Notes under the pieces: model-generated
Told to the model about the DNA's origin: nothing
Seen by the model: only the letters and a program-made list of their open reading frames with translations
The model's database searches: none
Position numbers and translations under genes: made by a program
Shown here: positions 52,959 to 64,000 of the stretch, one piece after another
Numbering within the stretch: the stretch's first letter is position 1
Layout: each line of letters begins with the position of its first letter
From: Octopus sinensis
Lineage: Eukaryota
Reading direction: 5' to 3'
Length of the DNA stretch: 64,000 nucleotides
NCBI RefSeq assembly: GCF_006345805.1
Contig: NC_043011.1
Span: 16,752,464-16,816,463 of the forward strand

Positions 52959-55218
52959 AATAAAGCTGACTGAGAAAGGGTTAAATAATGATAGAGATGT
53001 AAATTGAGAAATATTGACATAACGAAGCATAGTTAAAAATATAAAAAATGGTTATGACATGATTTTGATACGACGTAAAATATTTTTAGTTTAGCAAGAT
53101 ACGTAACATTACAGTATTTCACAGGCATAAAATAGTAATTCATTCACAAGATATTTAGCTCTCACTATCAACAATATGTGAGGTATTTCGGATTTTATAT
53201 ATTTGTGATATAAATTAAAGTATAAGTATCTTGAAGAGAAGCATTAATTCGGCAAAGCCAGTGGTATTGCTATACCTAACGCTGCGCCTTTCCATACAGT
53301 TCTGCATGTGTCTTAAAACCATGCCCAAACAAGCTTCTTAATCTATCACCAATTCCACCAGAACAAAGCAAATCAGATCAGTCATTCAAGCCTAGCATTC
53401 AAAACAATGCTTTTAATATTGAACATCCGAAGAAGGATGCTTTTGATATTCATGCTAGATCTGCTAGAAACTGCAGCCAAATCTCATTCCAACACACCTC
53501 TATCATACTAAAATAATTTAAAGACACGCTGATTAATACAGTAGTAGATAAAACTACATCTGAAAATAAGACCACAATATAGGCATGGCAAGAACTAATT
53601 TGATCATATGCCTACTTGATTGGTACTGATCAGTACCATGGATAGACAGTGTTACTGGTATGTACTACCAGTTTAAGATTGGTTGTAAAAACACTAAAGC
53701 ACCACATTGCTGTCAGTTGTGCCCGACCGAGAGGCATGAGGGCGAGAACTCTTTTCATCCTACAATGTCCCAAGAATTGATGATCTGTGAAATTCTGTCG
53801 AAGAGCTGTTGTCAAGCTTAAGAATCCAACCTTCATCTGAGTTCCTTGTAAAGGTTATTTAATCTCCTTTCATTTGTAGAGGAACTTAAGGATTTCTCCT
53901 CTCTCTAGAGGCTGTGACGTGAGCGGTTATGTATTGGACATCATTAAAACAACAAACAAGCAACGACTATCATTAAGTTCAGCACAAGGCTATTATCAAA
54001 CCAATCTCAAAGTGAGGATGGAGAGGGATATGCTATGAATTCCTCGAAAGCTTGATAATCTAGTGAGGATTATCCTATCAAATGAATTTACTACGCATGT
54101 CTTTAAATGAAGGGAGATTATCATTAATAGCTAGGGTAATTCGGATAAATATCTATTCCCCAACTGAGAAATTACCATTCTGGCCTGTTGTTTAATGTTA
54201 CTTCCCAAGACTGTTTTTATGAAATCATTTGTGCATAATATCTCAGAGTTATCGTCAATTTTTCATTGTAATATTCCATTATCCGTCCATTTTGTGGTAA
54301 ATAAGAAAATGATTATTAGAAGTAATATTGAAAGGTGATGAATCGTATGAATTGTAAATGTACCAGAAAAAATTACTTTCCGTATTTAGTTACAGCCATT
54401 TATGTTCTGTGTTTCAAATATGCTAGATGTAAGCTTCACCGGTGGTCCTACTAATTTCGACAAAATAAGAACTGGTCAAATATTAAGATCACAATATTTG
54501 ACCATATACTCACCCTCGAGTGTACTGTCTTTCTCTGTCTTTTTTGTTTTCTATTTTGAAAACAATAATAGAAAAATACAATTCTTCTTGTCAGCAACAG
54601 TAAACGATTTTATTCAATAAATGGTCACAGAATGCCAGAGAGTGTGGCTTGGAAATGTGTATTTGTAGTTGTTCATAAGTCCAGTACAGACTTCACTGGA
54701 CTAACCTATGATCAAAGAATTCCAACTATCCCCATTCTATCTTTTGTTCTCAAAAGAAAAGTGTAATTATGATCATATTGTTCGGTTTGAACTTCCTGCT
54801 TTAAAACTACAGGTTGTGATCTAAGAGGTGAGGTTGATAATTTCTACCAAGTTACATGGGCACTTCCACTTAGTCTAGATATAAAAACGGAAAGGAAGAA
54901 ATAGGTAGACACAAAAATATAAAACGTAAAGAGAAAGAAGTAAATAAAATAGAGATGTAAATAGAGAAAGACTGACGAAGAAAGGCGCAGACAGAGATGA
55001 ATGAAATTTGGAAGTAGCATTCATAAACTACGGCAACAAGGAACTTAACATTCTACCAACAGACATAACTGTAAAACCATCAGTGATTCATTGTATGTTC
55101 AGCTATCAGTGACAATTCTATTTAAGATGTTTAGGATTTTATGCAATGGTAAGTAACAGGGTTAACTGAACGACACGACAATGCAACTTCCACTACATGG
55201 TTGTGCTAAAAAAAATAG

Positions 55219-55645
55219 GGATCTTTTCGGTTTGAACGGCAGTTTTTTCTAGCGGTGTCATATGAAATTGTCACCCATAATTATGACCCTAGTATCGATC
55301 TATTTCATTTCAATCTGTTTTAGGGTTAGTTAAGGTTAGGGTTAGGGGTGGAGGGAAGGTTATCTTTTTTTCTTCAGAAATGTAAATAAACCCAATCTGT
55401 TTCTTAAACGAGGGACATATTCATACGGCACAGAATGTTTTCACCTCAATAGACGTCATTGATTGGTTGAAATTGCAGAAATTGAAGAAAAAAAACAACA
55501 AATATCTTACAAACTATAGAATTTTCTCAATAAAGCCAAGAGAAAAAGATGTTTTATAAACACATTCTACCAGTATACGAAGTTTAAAAGTGCTTAGTTA
55601 CGTGGAAATCATTTTTAAAAACTGCCGTTCAAACCGAAAAGTTCC
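55219..55645. mobile_element. MITE family M copy 7
   Basis: Both TIRs; exact 8-bp TSD AAAAATAG. Confidence 0.9.
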
Positions 55646-57109
55646 AAAAATAGTAACCAAATCACACAAATCTAATGGATGACATGATGGATATTTTCCG
55701 ATATAAAAAAAGCACTCATAAAAAGAAGGATAATAAAGGGTAGAACGGCTATGACCATGTATCAACTATGACCATGTATCAAGTATTTGATCAACACTGA
55801 GCAAGAATTAAACAATAACTGGATCAATATAATCGGCTCCTCCTCTCCGCTCAAATTCTAAGTTTTGTCTATATATTTGAAATGAGTTTTGGCAATGTAT
55901 TAGCAGAATATAACGAGGTTTTTCTTGTATTTATTGTCATAATTTCTCTGGGGTAAGGCTAGATTAACAGAATGACCAGTCTAAGACAAAATGCTTACAG
56001 GTATTTATTCTGGCTATTTTCTTTCTGGTTTCAAACCACCAACTCCTGTTGGTGGCTTCGACTAAACTTCGCTCTTTAAAACTGTTGGCCACGTGCTAAA
56101 ATAAAATTATTACTACAGCATCTTTCGTGTTTAGAGATGAAAGACGGGAGATCCAAAGAGATTCCTACGGTAAGACAGCACCAATCGTGTAAAGACAAGA
56201 CCGCTTGGTTTCAAAGATTAATTGAATTATGAACGAACAGATATAAGATCAAAAGTATAACAGCCATAACTATTCTATCTTTTTCCTCGTTAAATGTTCA
56301 ACTTGTAATGAATTTTTCAAAGTGCTTTAAAAGAGATTTGACCGTTATTTCTTGGCGGCGAGCAACGGCGTTACCTCGAGCTGTATTTGAATAAGAAAAG
56401 AAACGGAATAGACTGAAAAATGTAGACAAACTGATGGAGGAATGAATGAAATAGAGAAACAGAGATGTAATGAAACATAGAAAGAGAGATAGGAAGAGAT
56501 ATAAAACGTTGACTAACTTAATAATGGCATTATGACGGAGAAATTGACGGCAACAAGTTACATAGGCTTATAATAATTGACAGACCAATGCAGAATCATT
56601 AATTCATGAAATGTTTGGCTATCACTGACAATACTATTTCACATGTATGGAAATTCATACATTCATAAATAACTGAGTTAAGTGAACGATACAGCGATGC
56701 TTCTCCAACTTAGTTGCTCGCCTACTTTGAAGACATATCAATTTAATCTCATTCAAGATTCGGGCGATTAATTGGCAGATTTGTTAGGGCATTCGATGCA
56801 ACGCATTACGCATACATTCTGAGTTCGAACCCAATGAAGGTTAATTCTGCCTTTTATCCAGGGCTGGCCCGGATTTTATCCTAATAGATCTCGTCACAAA
56901 CTGTATGAGTCAGGTTTTTGGGTGGAGGTGGGGTTTCTTGTTATTTGTATCTGCTTTATATATGCTTATAATATCAAAGGGGATGACAGTGTTGATCCAA
57001 GACATTCATCCTCCCCCACCCCTATATATATATACACGTCTACATAACAGCCTACAACAACTCTACATGTGTATATATAAACTGTTGGTATTGAGGTATG
57101 ACTACCTTC

Positions 57110-57905
57110 TACGCATATTTCCTATTTAGTACTGGGGATATTTCATTTATGAGGATGTCCTCCTGTACTTGTCTGAGTGTTGGGTGCTTCGGGTGTTTAA
57201 ATAAAATTCGGATAGATGCAAGTTGAGCCCGAGTACCTCCATGTTGGTCTTTGACATGTTGCTAGAGTATGGAGGACTGTTTTTTCGTCATATTGTCTCA
57301 AATGTCTATTAAGTCTCTCCACGATGCTTCTATATGTCTCACCCATGTATACCATGTTCCTGTATTTACAAGCACCTTCTATGCATCTAATGCTGTAGAC
57401 TACATTTCTTGCTCTACAGTTAATGCCAGGGTTAATCTTACATACCATACAGTTACCATTGGTGCATGTTGTATTCTCAAAGGGTTACGTCCTACAAAGT
57501 TGTAGTTTGATGGAGCTCCCTGGCTTTTCAACGATCTTAATGTTGAGTTTGGCCTCCTTCAGAACTTTCCTAAATCTTCAGACTAGTTCTCTATGAGCTG
57601 TGACCACTACAAACATCACTGTTTGATATTTGTCGGTCTTGTCACCTTGTTTGCTTTGTCACAAACTCTCTGTATCCTATTCCAGTCTTTACTTCTGTGC
57701 CTAGGGCAGGTACCACTGGTTTCATGACATACCATGTTATCTAATTTCTTTTTAGCTTCCCTGTATACCTGAACCCTATCTTTCTGGTCATATCCAGAGA
57801 ACTGCATGCGGTGCATGAAGTTCTGTAAATGTTTCTTTGTTTCATAGGGTTCGCATAGAAGGGACACGTTGTTCATTACCCTAAGTCTGCTATTAGTATG
57901 CTGCT
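57110..57905 (-). pseudogene. Penelope-like element fragment, Naiad-type (thumb, linker, GIY-YIG)
   Basis: LRVMNNVS...LQNFMHRMQFSGY...GTCPRHRSKDW; YQTVMFV...IKIVEKPGSSIK; PFENTTCTNGNCMVCKINPGINCRARNVVYSIRC...YMGETYRSIVERLNRH; LRQVQEDILINEISPVLNRK. Confidence 0.8.
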
Positions 57906-57909
57906 TTTC

Positions 57910-58280
57910 ATGTTGTGTGACAAAGCTATGTTCTGGGTTCAGTTCCACCGCGTGACACCTTCAGCAAATGTCTTCAACTATAGCCTCGTGCCGACCAAAA
58001 CCTTGTAAATGAATTTACTAGGTGGAAACTGAAAGAAACTCGTATGCGTGTGTTTGTGTGTATGTGTGTGTGCGCGTGTTTGTCTTCTCACCATCGCTTG
58101 ACAACCGGTCTTGGTTTGTTTACGTCCCCGTAACTTAGCTGTTCAGTAAAAGATACCGATAGAATAAGTACAAGGGTTTTTAAAAAATAAATCCTGGTGT
58201 TGATTTCCTCAAGTAAAACCCTTCAAGGCGGTGCCCCAGCATGGCCACAGTCAAATGACCGAAACAAGTAAAAGAGTAAT
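57910..58280 (+). mobile_element. SINE family A (diverged)
   Basis: GGGTTCAGTTCCACCGCGTGACACC...CAGCATGGCCACAGTCAAATGACCGAAAC. Confidence 0.8.
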
Positions 58281-58919
58281 AAAACAATCCAATATGTACA
58301 CATGCACACATATACATGCACACAAAAATATACTCACACACACACATATATATGTGTGTGTGTATGTGTGTGTGTTCATATATGTACTTAGAATTATCAA
58401 TAAAATCAGTGTCTTAGAATATTGATTTCTTCCGTATGCTGAATGTAAATTACAAGACAGTGACTCAATAAGTGAACAAAACAGATCATCAACTTGGCTT
58501 ACAAAATTGTTATCTCTGATCAATGACACTCAATGTAAGAGATATGTATAGTGATTTTTACTTCGAAATCTATACAGTATTTTGTATTCAGTTAAGATAA
58601 TGGATTGACTGCATTGATGATAGTATATTACTCGTAGTTATTAATTAACGATACCAATTCAACAAACTGTCTTTAAGATAAGATTTAAAGACGATATGGG
58701 CGATAATTGCTCATCCTTCAAAATACCAAACTGGTTTTTGCTACAACATGTTTAAAAACTACAAAGGTGAGATTGTCATAGCTGGAACGTCTTTAATTCT
58801 AGATTCCTTCAACGAGGAAAGCTCTGGGCTTAAACAATATCAAGAAAATAAAAATAGGATTTTGTAAACCTGAATGAGCTCCACTGTTTTTAATTTTGGT
58901 TTAAAATGTATCATATACA

Positions 58920-60200
58920 TTAGGTTGTCCGGAAAGTTCGTGCCGATTTATAGTAGTTTAACTTTCGACTTATTTTAGAACATGGTTGAGCCCATAAAAT
59001 AGGATTTGACTACACCTCCGTTTAGAGCACAGCTTAAGCTATTTTTCGTGGAAGAAGGTTAATGTTCCTACAACGTGTGTTGATTCTGTAACCCTTTAAA
59101 ATGGAAGATAAGAAAGTTCCTTTTCAGCGCTTGATGCTTTTCTTTTTCCGTAAAGGGAAAAATGCCTCACAAGCAACCAAAGAAATATGCGCAGTTTACG
59201 GTGATGTTTCTTTATCCGAAAGAACTGTACGGAAGTGGTTCACAAGGTTCCGAGCAAGAGATTGTAGCCTTATTGATAAAGAGCGATCAGGCAGACCATC
59301 CACTACAGATGATGACCAAATCAAGTCATTAATTGAGAATAATCCACATTGTACAACCCGAGAATTGACAGAAAGCCTTAACCTATCAAAATCCGTCGTC
59401 GTTCATGAGCACCTGGTAAAGCTTGGGTACACAAATCGCTACGATGTTTGGGTACCATATGGGTTGAGTGAGAAGAACCTTTTGGATCGCATTTCCATCT
59501 GTGATTCGCTTTATAAACGGAATGAAAACGCGCTTTTTTAAAGCAAATTGTGACAGGTGATGAGAAATAGATTATCTACCGAAATGTTCAGAGAAAGCGA
59601 TCCTGGAGTAAGTGACATGAGCTACCCTTAGCCACCTCAAAAGCGGGTCTTAACCCTAAAAAAGTCTTGCTTTGTGTCTGGGGGGACTGGAAAGGAATTA
59701 TCTACTATGAGCTTCTCCCAAGTAACCAGACAATTAATTCTGAGAAATACTGCCCACAACTGGACGAGTTTAAAGCAGCAATTCATGAGAAACGTCCAGA
59801 ATTGGCCAACAAGAAGGGTGTTGTTTCCCAACATGATAATGCAAGACCGCACGTTTCTTTGGGAACCAGACAACTTGTTGCAGCTCAGCTGGGATGTGAT
59901 ACCCACCTCCATATTCACCAGATATTGCTCCTTCGGATTTCTATTTATTCAGGTCTCTGCAGAATGGTCTTAATGGTAAAAATGTCAATTCCTTGGATGA
60001 TGTAAAAAGATGCCTTGATGAATTCTTTGCCATGAAACCACCTCAGTTCCGGGAAGAGGGTATTTTCAAGTTAAAGGAAAGATGAAGACACATTGCGCAA
60101 CAAAATGGTTCATATTTGGTTGATTAAAAATGTAATGGCAAGTATTTACTGATCTTTTTCTTGCCTTTAAAAATCGGCACGAACTTTCCGGACAACCCAA
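58920..60200 (+). mobile_element. Full-length mariner (1281 bp, mellifera-like) with a defective transposase at 59101-60127
   Basis: ~30-bp TIRs with a TA right flank; MEDKKV...RKGKNASQA...ERTVRKWF, VWVPYGL, IVTGDEK*, HDNARPH, YSPDIAPSDFYLF; stops and frameshifts present. Confidence 0.95.
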
Positions 60201-60950
60201 TACATTATCTACAGCAAATGTATTATTACTTATTTCACTCAGTAAACTTTGACCTTTCTAGAATAACCAGCCACGCTGCGATCAATTGGTCCATACTGTG
60301 CGACCTCTCAAGCTAACTAATTACAATCTCAGAAATTGTGCAGAAACATAAAATTAGTTTTCGAATGCTAACTTTAGTATCAACAAAATCAGCAACTACT
60401 CCATCAAACAAAAACCTCATAAAAACAAATTATATGAATACGTATAGAGTTCTATGTTGTTCTTTTATAGAAGCCCAATAAATTGTTAACTGGAAAGTTA
60501 TTTGTTTTGTTGCTAAAATTTCTTAAATTACACGAGTAGGAAATTTGACTTCGGGTTGCAAACTTTACTTTAGTTTGAATATTATAGCTTTAAATGGCTT
60601 CGTATGAACAAATGATAAGCCTCGTCACAGTCGTTCCATTGACTATATATATAAATAGATGTCTGTGTGTACATAGTTATGTGCAGCTATATGAATCTGT
60701 GTGTGTGTGTTTGTTTGTGTGTGCGGGCGACACTTATGTATGTGTGAAATTCTATTCATACATATATGAGAGAATTTCTCAAGGCGAATACTGCCGTAAT
60801 ACAGTGAACTAACAATGCAACCACGTTAAGTAGAATATGCAGATTGCCAACCAGAATTGATACTGCTTCCGTCACTCATACTCAATATGTATGTGTATGT
60901 GCATTTATGTACGTATCTCTCTCTCAGTCTGTCTGTCTCTCTCTGTATAT

Positions 60951-60986
<36 letters not shown>

Positions 60987-60994
60987 TTATATAT

Positions 60995-61180
60995 ATGGCC
61001 ATGCTGGGGCAGCGCCGTGAAGAATTTCAGTTGAACAAATCGACTCCTGTACTTATTTTCAAAACCTAGTACTCATTCCAACAGTCTCTTTTGTGAAACC
61101 AGTAAGTTATGGGGACATAAGCGCACAATCCCTGATTGTCAACCGGTGGTGGTGGACAAACACACAGACACATAAATGTA
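60995..61180 (-). mobile_element. SINE family A tail half
   Basis: ATGGCCATGCTGGGGCAGCGCC...AAGTTATGGGGAC...GGACAAACACACAGACAC. Confidence 0.7.
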
Positions 61181-61279
61181 TGTATGTATGTATGTATGTA
61201 TGTATGTATGTATGTATTATGTATGTATGTATGTATTATGTATGTATGTATATATATATATATAATATATATATAATAT

Positions 61280-61309
<30 letters not shown>

Positions 61310-61311
<2 letters not shown>

Positions 61312-62624
61312 AATGGAGTTAAATGCAGGTGTTATTCAGGTTCTTTTACTTCCGACACATGTTTTGAAGATATCACTGGTTTATTCCAAAGGAATAAAAT
61401 GGTGTAAAGCAATATAATCTTCTCTTCAGGGAAGTGAAGAAATGAAACTCATCAATAAGACCTTTTAACTCAAATTGATGGATATGTATAGGGATTAACT
61501 GAACGCTATTAAGATTATTTCAAACAAACGTTATAGGATATAACGTCAAAGGTATCCTATAGAAAGAGGAGGGATAAAGGAAAGAAAAACTAAATAAATG
61601 AGAAGTATATGACTATATGTATATTAAATAATACCATATAGACTTGGAAAAAGATATATCTAATGAATGTGAAATGTAAGAATAAAATTAATGTTTAAAT
61701 TATATATAATGATAGATATCACTTATATGAACTAAAGGTGTGTTTCTACCAATGTTTACATCGGTATGCACGCTCTATAACCGTGTTTATAAGGGGTTTT
61801 AGAAGAAAGAATAAAGAATAAAAAATAGTTCAGAATTACAGGTATCGAGATTGAGAGAATCTACCAATCTAAATTAAATAGTTTATTGTGGTCTTTTAGA
61901 TACCAAGTTAATTTACTAAGCCATGTACTGTTACGTTTATTCCTATCACTAAATGTAGAGAAATGATTAGAAATTATTTTAGATAACTGAGATGTGCTTC
62001 CTATATAAAAAATACTTCATTACCAGTAGTAATTTTACACTGGTACATAGAATTTTTAATTTTAGAGTTACTTGACATAAATTTGATTCTGTTGTAATTG
62101 ACTTCAGTACAATAACCTTGATATTAATATTCCTAGGGGGGATGGATGGTATTAGCTAAATTAATGTTGGTATTATTAATTGCATCAATAGTTAACAGGT
62201 TAATATTATGTTAAGAGATAATTTGTAAGAGATTTTTTTTGTGTTGGAAAACCAATCCTAACCGTGTGTGAGTTGAAAATAGAGTAATACCTAGAATTCT
62301 TTGGAAAATTCCTAATAATAGCTTCACGAAACTGCAAAGGCAGATTAGATTTAATTTATTTCCCGTATGGAATAATTAACCAAATGGTTTTACTATTAGC
62401 TACCTTATTTTTAGTGAAACTTTTTTTGAAAGACATAGATTTACCGTGTGGTTTGGAAGCAAAATTCGTACCACAGACCCACACCTGCTCGTATAAGCTT
62501 TACTGTAACTAAATTGGCCCTGCAAGCAACCCAACCAGATTAATTTACATCATAAATGAATAACTAGATCAAAAATTTACTCAAATAAGTTAACTACAGA
62601 CTGTCAACTATCGAGATAATTAAA

Positions 62625-62625
<1 letters not shown>
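61310..62625 (-). mobile_element. Penelope/Poseidon-type PLE 3' portion (degenerate linker, GIY-YIG, 3' UTR, hammerhead)
   Basis: Minus strand: WLIIPYG...IIRNFPKNSRYYSIFNSHTVRIGF...II.HN; KNSMYQCKIT...YIGSTS...NHFSTF; KRNSTWLSK; WYLKDHNK; ends at (TA)n. Confidence 0.8.
61348..61435 (-). ncRNA. Type-I hammerhead with long stem II (G12A variant)
   Basis: ACTTCC-CTGAAGA-GAAGAT...ATCTTC-AAAAC-ATGT-GTC^GGAAGT; perfect 6-bp stems I and II, GUC triplet. Confidence 0.65.
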
Positions 62626-62674
<49 letters not shown>

Positions 62675-62702
62675 CCTATCTATCTATCTATCTATCTATC
62701 TT

Positions 62703-62737
<35 letters not shown>
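62626..62737. repeat. (ATCT)n microsatellite
   Basis: Directly visible. Confidence 0.95.
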
Positions 62738-62739
<2 letters not shown>

Positions 62740-62740
<1 letters not shown>

Positions 62741-64000
62741 GCGTAAATGGTCATCTATCCAGACCTTTTAACATCATGCGTTCGGTTCGTCAGGGATGCC
62801 CCCTCTCATCGCTGCTGTATGTACTGACTCTTGAGCCACTACTGCGGAAACTGGCGACGCTGAGGGGCATCCCACGAGAGCTGGGATGCGGGAGGAGCGT
62901 GTCTGCATACGCGGATGACGTCACCGTCATAGTGTCGAGCTACGAGCACATCGAGCTGGTCGGCGAGACACTGAAAGAATACGAAGCGGTAACGGGAGCA
63001 AAAATTAACCGGGAAAAGTCAGTGGGCTTGCGGCTCGGCACCTGGAGAAGCAAGCCCATGCCGTCCAACAGCGTCTCCATCGTGGGACGCTGGACGGACG
63101 GACCGGTTAAATTGCTCGGGGTCTGGTTCGGTCCGGACCTCCAAATGGAGAAGAACTGGGGCGAGATAACGACTAGGGTGGCTACTCTCACCCAGAAATG
63201 GACTGAGAGAAAGCTATCCCTAAAAGGTCGGGCGGAGGTGGCGAACGCGTACATCGCATCCGTCATCGAGTATCGTCTGACCGTCGTGCCTTGTCCCGAC
63301 CCTACCATCACCAAACTGGAACGCATACTCTTCCGCTTCTTGTGGAAGGGAAACGTTCCGATGGTTAGGCGATCCATTTGCTGCCAACACCCGCTAAATG
63401 GAGGGCTGGGCATGCCGTGGTTGATGATGCGCAGACATGCGCTGAGACTGCGACATCTCCGGCGCTTCATAGACAACGGTGAACAGGGGTGGTCGCCTTT
63501 TGTGCGGCGCGCTTTCCCGCAGCTCGTCTCCTTGGACGAACTACAGTCATGGATCAAGCAGAGACCGAGGCTAGGCGAATGGCACCGCGAGTGTCGCGTT
63601 GCTCTCAAGCAACTCTGCCGTCCGGGATCGAACTTGTGCGACTCCATCACAACAAAGGCATTCTATAGAGGATTAGTGGAGGGGAGGTGCGACGACGAAC
63701 TCGGGCAGAGTCTGGGCGTCGACGAGGAACACCTGACCCGCCTGTTCAGGACAACTTTCGGGCCGGGACCTATGAACAATCACCAAAGATCCCTGGCCTG
63801 GCAGTGCTATCGAGAAGCATTACCTGTTCGGGATAAGCTCTACAGACACGGTTCCAGACACACTGGACCGACTTGCCCGAGATGCGGTCAGAGCGACGAA
63901 ACCGTTCTGCACGCACTCGTGCAATGTCCAACCATTTCCGACCTGTGGGCTTATGCCGAACGGCTGCTGTCACGTGTGGGACGAATCCGCCTATCGGCCG
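62740..64000 (+). mobile_element. 5'-truncated Tx1/L1-clade LINE ORF2 fragment (RT + CCHC zinc knuckle), open frame running off the window
   Basis: VNGHLSRPFNIMRSVRQGCPLSSLLYVLTLEPL...AYADDVTV...GAKINREKS...KLLGVWFG...LSLKGRA...FLWKG...GGLGMP...CPRCGQSDETVLHALVQC; about 420 codons with no stop seen. Confidence 0.92.

Noticed and set aside
62940-63973. Minus-strand ORFs of 236 aa and 67 aa
   Set aside because: They are antisense shadows of the GC-rich LINE RT frame.

Overview
AT-rich, repeat-dominated eukaryotic DNA. The SINE families, microsatellite load and transposon spectrum strongly suggest an octopus/coleoid cephalopod genome; this is an inference from recognised repeat families. I find no convincing host protein-coding gene, and nearly all listed ORFs are microsatellite or repeat artefacts. 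The window holds many tRNA-derived SINEs, fragments of three Penelope-like element (PLE) lineages (Neptune-like, Naiad-like, Penelope/Poseidon-like), an uninterrupted 5'-truncated Tx1/L1-type RT frame, and RTE, CR1/L2 and R4/Dong-type LINE ends. It also holds mariner, Chapaev3 and Merlin transposase relics, a seven-copy ~420-bp MITE with 8-bp TSDs and internal TTAGGG repeats, Helitron ends and a 5S rRNA-derived copy. The most notable signal is a set of type-I hammerhead ribozyme (HHR) motifs. Two non-coding, terminally redundant units (486 nt x ~1.7 at 13526-14361; 546 nt x ~1.1 at 3227-3842) carry complete HHR cores next to (TA)n tracts and look like retrozyme-type circular-RNA retroelements. 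Further HHRs mark PLE termini, and several long fold-back palindromes are built from such termini. All calls were made by eye without database searches, and repeat boundaries are approximate.
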